Made by a program: the position numbers and the translations under genes. From positions 1 to 48,786 of IMG/VR virus record IMGVR_UViG_3300022719_000026: DNA of 48,786 nt; one strand, written 5' to 3'. Of this stretch, positions 18,696-25,630 are shown in pieces (within the stretch, counting starts at the first letter, position 1; the number at the start of each line of letters is the position of its first letter). The notes below the pieces were generated by a model. It was not told the origin of the DNA. It was given only the letters and a program-made list of their open reading frames with translations, and made no database searches. This DNA comes from a virus (Duplodnaviria; Caudoviricetes).

Positions 18696-19352
18696 TTAAC
18701 TAGTCGTTGCTACCACTGAAAGAGCACAAATGCGCCGGATTCTATCGTGCGCTTCGTCGATAGCTTCCGAGACCAGCTCTTCGGCATCTTTCGCCAGCCA
18801 GCCTTGCTCCGTGTCGTCGCTCCAGAAGTTTTCACCGATGCTGACGCCGCTCACGACTTCTCTTCCCAGCTCGATCCCCTCGAAGTAGACGCGAACGTCA
18901 AGAACCAGCATGCTCCACGTGATACCGTAGTTCATGTACGCCTGCGCATCCTTTCGCACGCACTGGCGTGCTCTCTCCCACGCCTGCGCACGCCCGAGTT
19001 TCAGGTAGTCACGGAACCCGCGATAGTGCTCTTCTTCTGATGTTGCCGAACGGAAGAACATCGGCCCGTCGGAATCTCTGTCATAGCTGAGTACGCGCAC
19101 GTCTCCCGGCATCTGCTCACGATCGGTGTACAGCTTCCCGAGGTAGCTCAGGTCCGGGCACTCGTCTATGACGCAAGTTACGGATACCGTGAAGTTCCCG
19201 TGCTCGAACGTCGCGTGAGGAAGCCCGTCGCCTCCTTCTCTCCAGTGAAACGGCATCTTGTGCCTGCGCGCGTACATGAGAGCATGGCGTGCGATACAGC
19301 CACGCGCGCGATGCCGTCGGTACTCACTGACCAGTTCGCTATCTATATTCAT
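18696..19352 (-). CDS. Hypothetical early protein (218 aa)
   Basis: RBS aggag plus ATG; long ORF in a less GC-rich segment. Confidence 0.65.
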   Translation of the reverse strand: MNIDSELVSEYRRHRARGCIARHALMYARRHKMPFHWREGGDGLPHATFEHGNFTVSVTCVIDECPDLSYLGKLYTDREQMPGDVRVLSYDRDSDGPMFFRSATSEEEHYRGFRDYLKLGRAQAWERARQCVRKDAQAYMNYGITWSMLVLDVRVYFEGIELGREVVSGVSIGENFWSDDTEQGWLAKDAEELVSEAIDEAHDRIRRICALSVVATTS

Positions 19353-19364
19353 TGCTAGCTCCTG

Positions 19365-19577
19365 TCAGTTGAGCTTCATCGCATCGCTATCACGTGATAG
19401 CGAAAGATCGTAGAGCCAGCCCAACATATCGCCCACGTAAGCGTTCGCGATCCTGTTAGCCTCGCTCGGGTCGAGACTGTCGAGAAGGTCGAAGAAGATC
19501 GGGATCAGATCACAATTGCGAAGCGTCCCCTCGGAGACCGAGCCGAGGCTCGGGTAGTTTGCGCTTTCGTCGTTCAT
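19365..19577 (-). CDS. Hypothetical early protein (70 aa)
   Basis: GSVSEGTLR..DLIP motif; variant palindrome in frame near the C-terminus (LSRDS). Confidence 0.55.
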   Translation of the reverse strand: MNDESANYPSLGSVSEGTLRNCDLIPIFFDLLDSLDPSEANRIANAYVGDMLGWLYDLSLSRDSDAMKLN

Positions 19578-19629
19578 TGCCCGTTTCCTGTTAGCTAAGT
19601 TTCAACGTACCGCTATCACGTGATAGCAG

Positions 19630-20073
19630 TCACTCGCGATACCAGTACGGCTCTCCGCACACGTAGATGGGGGTGAAATCGTGCTTCAACTCGCTCGCTG
19701 CCCGTTGCCAGTCGATGCAGGTGAAGGGCCACGGGGGGTTTGAAAGGGGCATGAGTTGCATCTCTTGCGCGAGATCCCGCGCGTACTCCTCGAAGTACCG
19801 ATCCGCGACCAAATACTTCCCTTCGGGCACGTGGTGTTCGAGCAATTCCAGCGCCGCCCGCTCCTCTTGAGTTTCGATCTCGAAATCCCGAAGCGCGCGC
19901 AGCGCATCGTGATACCGCTCTTCCTCGAAGTCGGATTCTTCCCTCGCGGGGTTGGCTCGCTGCTCCTTTTCCTCCTCGCGAAGTTCCGTAAGCTCATCTC
20001 GAAGCTGTTGGAGGCGATCCATCGCCTCGCGCATAGTGATGATGTCCTCGTACCCTGTGATCTCGTCTCTCAT
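19630..20073 (-). CDS. Acidic protein resembling the ArdA antirestriction C-terminal domain
   Basis: FEEYARDLAQE...CIDWQRAASEL..D resembles ArdA-type motifs; Glu-rich; early region. Confidence 0.5.
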   Translation of the reverse strand: MRDEITGYEDIITMREAMDRLQQLRDELTELREEEKEQRANPAREESDFEEERYHDALRALRDFEIETQEERAALELLEHHVPEGKYLVADRYFEEYARDLAQEMQLMPLSNPPWPFTCIDWQRAASELKHDFTPIYVCGEPYWYRE

Positions 20074-20110
20074 GTCACGCCTCCTAGTCAGGTATCACGT
20101 GATACTTAGC

Positions 20111-20377
20111 TCAGTGGTCCATGATCGACGCCAGCTGCTCGAACTCGTCGTCGGGCACGCGCGCGAAGTCGTAGCAGCCCATCTCGCGCATCTGCCGCGC
20201 CGTGGTCGGCGAGAAGTTGCTCTCGCGGCGCACGCACGTAGTCGTGGTCGCGTGGGGCGCTGGCCCGCGGTAGGCCACGCACGTTGTGTAACTAAAAAAG
20301 AACTCCCGCTCGCCGATGCTGACCACGCGCGCCTCGCAGCGCCGCCCGGTCGGGTTGTGTATCATCGGAATCGCCAT
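20111..20377 (-). CDS. Hypothetical early protein
   Basis: RBS gaggt; bracketed by palindromes. Confidence 0.6.
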   Translation of the reverse strand: MAIPMIHNPTGRRCEARVVSIGEREFFFSYTTCVAYRGPAPHATTTTCVRRESNFSPTTARQMREMGCYDFARVPDDEFEQLASIMDH

Positions 20378-20422
20378 TGCAGCTACCTCTCAGTCAGTCA
20401 GTTGGGTATCACGTGATACCGC

Positions 20423-20719
20423 TCAGTGATACGAGTGCACGAACCCCTGTTCATCCTCCTCCAACCAAATCGTGCGCCTGTTCCTCGGGATCTCGGGGAA
20501 CAGCTCCCGATCCTTCGACGTGACGTCGAACCCCGCCACCCCCACCTCACCGCCGGGACCGCTGTTGCGGTCCGCGCAGCCCTCCAGCGTGAGGCTCCAA
20601 TAGTAGGGGACATAGATCGGCTGGCCCTCGAACTTCCCGGGGGATCGGATGATCCCCTGCTCGCTTACGTGGCCCGCGAACTCGGAGCGCACGAGTGCGG
20701 CTATCTTCTCTTCGGTCAT
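20423..20719 (-). CDS. Hypothetical early protein
   Basis: RBS ggaggt; bracketed by palindromes. Confidence 0.6.
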   Translation of the reverse strand: MTEEKIAALVRSEFAGHVSEQGIIRSPGKFEGQPIYVPYYWSLTLEGCADRNSGPGGEVGVAGFDVTSKDRELFPEIPRNRRTIWLEEDEQGFVHSYH

Positions 20720-20813
20720 TGCTCACACCTCCGCACGTTGTCGTGGCGGGCGACCGGGTATCACGTGATACCCAATTCGCCGCCGTCCCGTTTACTTTCA
20801 TCCTGCAAAGCCT

Positions 20814-20842
20814 ATTCTACGCGATCGCTGATCGCAGATCAA
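20814..20842 (-). promoter_or_regulatory. Sigma70-type promoter TTGATC-N17-TAGAAT
   Basis: Minus strand, intergenic, exact 17-nt spacer, oriented with the early genes. Confidence 0.6.
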
Positions 20843-20915
20843 TCCCTTCCCTAACTCTTTCGCCTCCCCCGTGGTAGACGATGCTGGTCGCGCGCTTCGC
20901 AGTCTCCCATTGTCG

Positions 20916-21365
20916 TCAGTCAGTCGGGGGGGCGATCTCGCCCTCACCGACGTGCGCTCCCGGGCCGATGTACGCACCCGGGCTGATGGTCGCGTTCCGG
21001 CCGACGTGCGCTTCCGGGCCGATGTACGCACCCCGGCCGATGTACGCACCCCGGCTGACGTACGCCCCTTGGCTGATGGTCGCACCCCAGCCGACGTGCG
21101 CTTCCGGGCCGATGTACGTCCTCGGGCTGACGTACGCTTCCGGGCCGACGTACGTCCTCGGGCTGACGTACGCCCCTTGGCTGATGGTCGCACCCCAGCC
21201 GACGTACGCTCCCGGGCTGATGGTCGCACCCCAGCCGACGTACGCTCCCGGGCTGATGGTCGCGTTCCGGCCGACGTACGTCCTCGGGCCGATGGTCGCG
21301 CCCGAGCCGATGATCGCGTCCGGGTCGATGATCGCGCTCGGATGGATATTGGTAGTGTCGGTCAT
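20916..21365 (-). CDS. Hexapeptide-repeat left-handed beta-helix protein
   Basis: RBS gaggag plus ATG at 21365; IHPSAIIDPDAIIGSGATIGP followed by more than 20 [IV]xxGA[YT]-type hexapeptides encoded by 18-bp DNA repeats. Confidence 0.8.
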   Translation of the reverse strand: MTDTTNIHPSAIIDPDAIIGSGATIGPRTYVGRNATISPGAYVGWGATISPGAYVGWGATISQGAYVSPRTYVGPEAYVSPRTYIGPEAHVGWGATISQGAYVSRGAYIGRGAYIGPEAHVGRNATISPGAYIGPGAHVGEGEIAPPTD

Positions 21366-21391
21366 CGTCTCGTCTCCTCTCTCGGGAACCA

Positions 21392-21658
21392 TTAGTCGTA
21401 CCGGCGCTCGCACGCAAGGTCGAACGGGTCCGCGCGCTCCGGCTCCTCGCGCATCGGGTGGAGCGGCACGCGCTCCGGCGTCCGCGCCATGCGCTCGCAG
21501 TCGGCGCGCGAGCCGTACCAGCGGCCGACGCGCGCGTTGTCACCGTTGCCGCTCGCCCCGTCGTCGTCGGTATAGACGACGAGGTGAATTCCGCCTGCGT
21601 CGTATTCGATGCTCGTGCTGTATTTCATCTTCTCTCTGATCATCGTCTCTCTCCTCAT
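21392..21658 (-). CDS. Hypothetical early protein
   Basis: ORF with RBS (start may be 21643). Confidence 0.55.
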   Translation of the reverse strand: MRRETMIREKMKYSTSIEYDAGGIHLVVYTDDDGASGNGDNARVGRWYGSRADCERMARTPERVPLHPMREEPERADPFDLACERRYD

Positions 21659-21692
21659 TGTCGTCAGTCAGCCCGTGGGTATCACGTGATAC

Positions 21693-21970
21693 ACTGTTCA
21701 ATAATGAAGCGTTACTGGATTATCAATCACTGTTCAATAACTAAGCGAAAAGTTGCACGATTATCACACTGTCAGTTGCACGATTGTTGCACGATTAATT
21801 TCGATTGCACGATTGTTGCACGAATAGCGTTAATCGTGCAAGTTGGGGGCTCGCTAACTCCCTGATTCGGCAGCAAAAATTAATCGTGCAACTAATCGTG
21901 CAAGCTTGTTTAGCCGCAGGATAATAGTTGCACACATATTGGGGGGTACGTAGTACCCCCAATCGTGCAA
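21693..21970. other. Candidate replication origin: AT-rich tract with TTGCACGATT iterons
   Basis: Forward copies at 21753, 21776, 21787, 21805, 21816 (1 mismatch); reverse copies (AATCGTGCAA) at 21832, 21882, 21894, 21961; markedly AT-rich and non-coding. Confidence 0.65.
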
Positions 21971-22134
21971 ATATCGCATCGATTTTTCAGCGCTCCCACA
22001 AGCGCTCCCACAAGCGCACGCTAGAGTCTCAAGCGGGCCGAACGGGTATCACATGATACCCCGTTGCAGTCTGGCACGTGGCCCGTCAATCGTGCGCTTC
22101 GCGTGGCGGGGAGTGAGGATGGTCGGGCGATATC

Positions 22135-22320
22135 CTATTCTTCGCGCGAGACCGCATCGTAGCGTACGCGAAGATCCATCTCCCGCGCCCGCGCGTTGCG
22201 GATCTCTGCCTCGCGCTCGGCGCCGTTACGTCCCGCGCGCCCGGATCCGATGTACTTGATGCGCTCGGGCGGACGGAGCACGCGCCCGTTGAGCGCAACG
22301 GCTCCCACGTACCAGTGCAT
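22135..22320 (-). CDS. Hypothetical protein (61 aa)
   Basis: RBS ggagg plus ATG. Confidence 0.5.
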   Translation of the reverse strand: MHWYVGAVALNGRVLRPPERIKYIGSGRAGRNGAEREAEIRNARAREMDLRVRYDAVSREE

Positions 22321-22322
22321 GG

Positions 22323-22403
22323 CTACCCTCCGAGCGCGTTCGCGAGCGCGAGCGCGTTATGGATCCATATCGCGAGGTTGAATCCGATGATCGCGTTGTC
22401 CAT
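22323..22403 (-). CDS. 26-aa hydrophobic peptide (MDNAIIGFNLAIWIHNALALANALGG)
   Basis: Translated by hand; RBS ggag behind the conserved leader repeat. Confidence 0.4.
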   Translation of the reverse strand: MDNAIIGFNLAIWIHNALALANALGG

Positions 22404-22415
22404 TCGTCGTCTCCC

Positions 22416-22490
22416 GTAGGTTTCTTGACGTTGGCGCTAGGTCGCGCCGCACGGCGCACGCTAGAAGCATGCGCCGTAGGTCGCGGACTA
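22416..22490 (-). repeat. 75-bp intergenic leader element (copy 1) with one 27-nt hairpin unit
   Basis: Near identical to 23499..23627. Confidence 0.85.
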
Positions 22491-22500
22491 AAGCTGCGCG

Positions 22501-22719
22501 CTAGCCGGCGCACGCGATCGCGAACGCGCGAGCCCGGTAGTCTCCTGCCTGATCGTACGCTTTCATGGCGCGCTCTCGCCAAACGTCGGCCATCTCGTAC
22601 TCGCATCGAGATTCGGCGCGCTCGGCTCGGTACTCGTAGAGAGTCGCGGTGCGCTCCCAGCGTTCGGCGAAGTTGCGCAGACTCGCGCGCTCGCGCTCCG
22701 GATTGAATCTCTGTCGCAT
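22501..22719 (-). CDS. Helical hypothetical early protein
   Basis: RBS aagggg plus ATG. Confidence 0.55.
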   Translation of the reverse strand: MRQRFNPERERASLRNFAERWERTATLYEYRAERAESRCEYEMADVWRERAMKAYDQAGDYRARAFAIACAG

Positions 22720-22820
22720 TGTCTGTCCCCTTTCGGTTTCCTGACGTTGGCGCGAAGGCGCGCCCGCTAGCGCGTGACGGAGGGTATCACGTGATACGCG
22801 CTAGCGGCTGAACCCTCGCA

Positions 22821-22857
22821 CGCGCGCGGGCGAGACTGGGAGTCTCGCCCGCGCGCG
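22821..22857 (-). terminator. 17-bp perfect stem-loop downstream of 22881..23483
   Basis: cgcgcgcgggcgagact-ggg-agtctcgcccgcgcgcg. Confidence 0.6.
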
Positions 22858-22880
22858 AGGCCTACCGACGTGCTACGCAG

Positions 22881-23483
22881 CTAGGCGGCGCGGCGACGCT
22901 TCGGCGCGTTCGTCACCTTCGCGCCGCACGCGCTCGCCATCTCCTCGACGATGGCGCGCTTCTCGTTCTCGTCTTCGATGGCGTTGAAGATCGCCATGAT
23001 GGCGTTGCGCCGGCGCGCGGCCTTCGCCTCGGGCGAGTCGTCCCGCTCGCCCGCGGAGTCGGAGTCGTCCGCGCCCGCGGAGTCGCGCTTGCGCGCGCGC
23101 ATCTCCGCGTTGGCGATCCGGTTGCGCTCGCGCATCTCCGCGAGCATCGCCGCTCCGGATCCCTTGGTCTTGCGCTCGGCGCGGCCGATCGGGATGAGGC
23201 GCTTCCACGTCTCGCGCCCGACCTTCAAGTTCGCGTCCGCCCACTTCGCGAACGGGACTCCCGCCGACCTGCACGACTCCTCGGCGATCGCCATCCCGAC
23301 GGCGGCCTCGAGGCGCGCGTCATCGGCGCTCGCGAGGCGCTTCGCGACCTTGCGCATCTCCGCGTTCACCTTCGTGGCGATCTGGCGAAGATCCTTCGAC
23401 ACTGCGGCAAGCTTCGCCTTCGCGTTGCTCGGAGCCTTCGTCTCGGGGCGCGGCGTGCGACTGGGCTTTTTCTGTGCGCTCAT
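22881..23483 (-). CDS. Basic putative DNA-binding protein, DUF3102-like; paralog of 13242..14162
   Basis: RLEAAVGMAIAEESCRSAGVPFAKWADANLKVGRETWKRLIPIGRAER aligns with the 306-aa protein. Confidence 0.6.
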   Translation of the reverse strand: MSAQKKPSRTPRPETKAPSNAKAKLAAVSKDLRQIATKVNAEMRKVAKRLASADDARLEAAVGMAIAEESCRSAGVPFAKWADANLKVGRETWKRLIPIGRAERKTKGSGAAMLAEMRERNRIANAEMRARKRDSAGADDSDSAGERDDSPEAKAARRRNAIMAIFNAIEDENEKRAIVEEMASACGAKVTNAPKRRRAA

Positions 23484-23498
23484 CTCGTCTCGTCTCCA

Positions 23499-23627
23499 GT
23501 AGGTTTCTTGACGCTGGCGCTAGGTCGCGCCGCACGGCGCACGCTAGAAGCATGCGCCGCACGGCGCACGCTAGAAGCATGCGCCGCACGGCGCACGCTA
23601 GAAGCATGCGCCGTAGGTCGCGGACTA
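23499..23627 (-). repeat. Leader element (copy 2) with three tandem 27-bp hairpin units
   Basis: gcgccgcacggcgcacgctagaagcat x3 at 23527-23607, inside the same flanks as copy 1. Confidence 0.85.
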
Positions 23628-23807
23628 GAACTGCGTTGATGGAAGCGAAGCTAGGCGCGCTCGCCGCATAAGTACAGCTTCGCCCATCGCTTCATCTGCC
23701 GTGCGGTCAAACCATCGTCGAGCTGGCGCTGATATAGCGCCTCAACGCACTCGACGATGGTTCGGCATCGAATCTGTGCCGAAGCGTTCCGGCTGCTCTT
23801 TTGCGTG

Positions 23808-24041
23808 TCATCGTCCACCGCCGATCGGCCAGCGTCCAAAGAACTCGGCCGCTGCTGCTCGGTCCGCGTCTCGCTCGGCGGACCGAGCGAGACGGCGCAG
23901 CTCGCGCGCCGAGTGCCGTGCCTCGGCGGCTACGTCGATACGGCCGCCTTCGCGAGCTCGTCGAGCGCGCTCAGCGTATTGGTCTGCTTTCCTATCTAAA
24001 ACATCGGAAAGCGCGAGGTAAGCCTCGGGAATGGTCGCCAT
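23808..24041 (-). CDS. First early-arm gene, helical hypothetical protein
   Basis: RBS ggagg plus ATG at 24041. Confidence 0.6.
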   Translation of the reverse strand: MATIPEAYLALSDVLDRKADQYAERARRAREGGRIDVAAEARHSARELRRLARSAERDADRAAAAEFFGRWPIGGGR

Positions 24042-24098
24042 AGTCGCCTCCAGTAGGTGTTGACGTCCCTGGCCGCCGATCGGCGATCCGGGGAGGCG

Positions 24099-24127
24099 AC
24101 TATGGCAGGTGCCGACGAGTGCGTCAA
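24099..24127 (-). promoter_or_regulatory. Sigma70-type early promoter TTGACG-N17-CATAGT
   Basis: Minus strand, 17-nt spacer, directly upstream of the first early gene. Confidence 0.5.
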
Positions 24128-24233
24128 GCCCCCGCGACGATCTCTTGCGATCGCCGGCCTGCGCCGGCCGGCCGCGGGATGCGTTGGCGAGTGTCGGCTA
24201 GGGTTCGCTTGTCGGCGGCGCATCCCGCGGCCG

Positions 24234-24435
24234 GCCAACGCTTGCCAACGCTTGCCAACGCTTGCCAACGCTCCAGCGCTGGGTATCACGTGATACCTGG
24301 CGAGCGCTCGCACGCACGCACGCATGCACGCGAGCGCTCGCCAGCGCTCCCGGGCCGGCTGGCGCACACTGTAGCTATCGCCAGCGCTCGCCAGCGCTCC
24401 CGGGCCGGCTGGCGCACACTGTAGCTATCGCCAGC
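24234..24435. repeat. Tandem repeats in the divergent non-coding region
   Basis: 10-mer cttgccaacg about x4 (24234-24272); palindrome at 24282; gcac repeats; 50-bp unit x2 (24333-24432). Confidence 0.8.
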
Positions 24436-24963
24436 ATGCTGGCGTTGCAGTCAGTAGTTAGCGCGCGCTCGCGTGCGGTATCGTCGGCAGCGCGAGACCC
24501 TGGGGGGCCTGCTAGCGCGGGCACTTCGGGGGCACTCCCGGGCTCGCGCGCTGGGGCACCTCCAGATTGCCGCGGCCTACTCCCGAATTTCCCCGGCTAC
24601 GCGAGGCACTTCGCGAGCTATCCTGAAATTTTTTCCAGTTGGTGCCGTAGATGCCAGAGAATACTGCTGATTTATCCAGTAATTGCTCCGGATCCCCCCG
24701 CTGGGGTACCCTGTAAGCCTCCCCGGGGCCGCGCGGCTCGCGAGAGTCGCCCGGGGAGGGAGCGCTGGGTCTTTCCGGTGCCGAGACGCATCGATCCCGC
24801 CGCCTGCCGGGGTCGTCGGGACCGAGGGGCCGGGCAGGCGCTCGCGAGCTACGCTGCCGCCGGGAACTCACGCCACCCGGCGAGCGCGACCGCGATGCAG
24901 CCGAAGGGGGCGGCGCTATACAAGAGGCCCCCGCCCACCTTTCGACACAAGGAGGCGCGCGCC

Positions 24964-25614
24964 GTGCCAGAGAGAAGCGGGGACTATCGCAAGACGAAGC
25001 TGCGGCTGCGGGAGCGCCAGCTCACGCACAGGGAGTTCGTGACGGTCGAGTACTACATGCGCGGCTTCGAGATGAAGGAGGCCATGAAGCGCGCAGGGTA
25101 CTCGGAGACCACCGCCGAGAAACTGGCCGCCTCCGTGTTCAGGCGCCCGCGCGTGGTGAGGGAGATCGAGCGCAGGCGCAACGCGCGCAGGCAGCGCGAG
25201 AACACCATCGTCGAGCGGATCACCGAGGAGTTGGGAGAGATCGCCTTCTTCAACATCGGGAAGCTACTACGTATCCAGGACGACGGGACGCTCGTCTACG
25301 ACTTCGAGGACGCTACAATGGAGGACTTCGCGTCCATCGGCGAGGTGACGGTCGAGTCGTACTACGAGGGGCAGGGAGAGGACAAGGTTCAGGTCAAGCG
25401 GATCAAGCTCAAGCCGTACGACAAGCAGGCAGCCCTCAACACGCTGGCCCGCATCCACGGGGTGATGAAGGACAACCTCAACCTGACGCTGGACGGGGAG
25501 TCGCTGGAGGACAGGCTGCTGAAGGGGAGGGCTCGCGTGGGTAAGGACGCGAAGGACGAGCCGATCGAGGGCGAGTTCGAGGAGGTGGAGGACGGCGAGG
25601 AGGGTATCACGTGA
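24964..25614 (+). CDS. terS: Terminase small subunit
   Basis: RBS aaggagg plus GTG at 24964; FVTVEYY...AMKRAGYSETTAEKLAA, ELGEIAF, KLKPYDKQAAL; precedes TerL; stop lies inside the palindrome (GIT*). Confidence 0.85.
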   Translation: MPERSGDYRKTKLRLRERQLTHREFVTVEYYMRGFEMKEAMKRAGYSETTAEKLAASVFRRPRVVREIERRRNARRQRENTIVERITEELGEIAFFNIGKLLRIQDDGTLVYDFEDATMEDFASIGEVTVESYYEGQGEDKVQVKRIKLKPYDKQAALNTLARIHGVMKDNLNLTLDGESLEDRLLKGRARVGKDAKDEPIEGEFEEVEDGEEGIT

Positions 25615-25630
25615 TACCCGGGGATCAGCC

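Noticed and set aside
19386-22797. Palindrome cluster as a CRISPR array
   Set aside because: Repeats are 14-16 bp, separated by hundreds of bases containing genes; no cas operon (DUF2800 is a usual replication-module nuclease)
23651-23839. Possible small gene or frameshifted gene between 23808..24041 and the leader repeat
   Set aside because: Two competing short frames, neither with clear support
24262-24963. N-terminal 234 aa of the 450-aa ORF
   Set aside because: Translates repeats and low-complexity DNA; strong RBS and TerS similarity begin at GTG 24964
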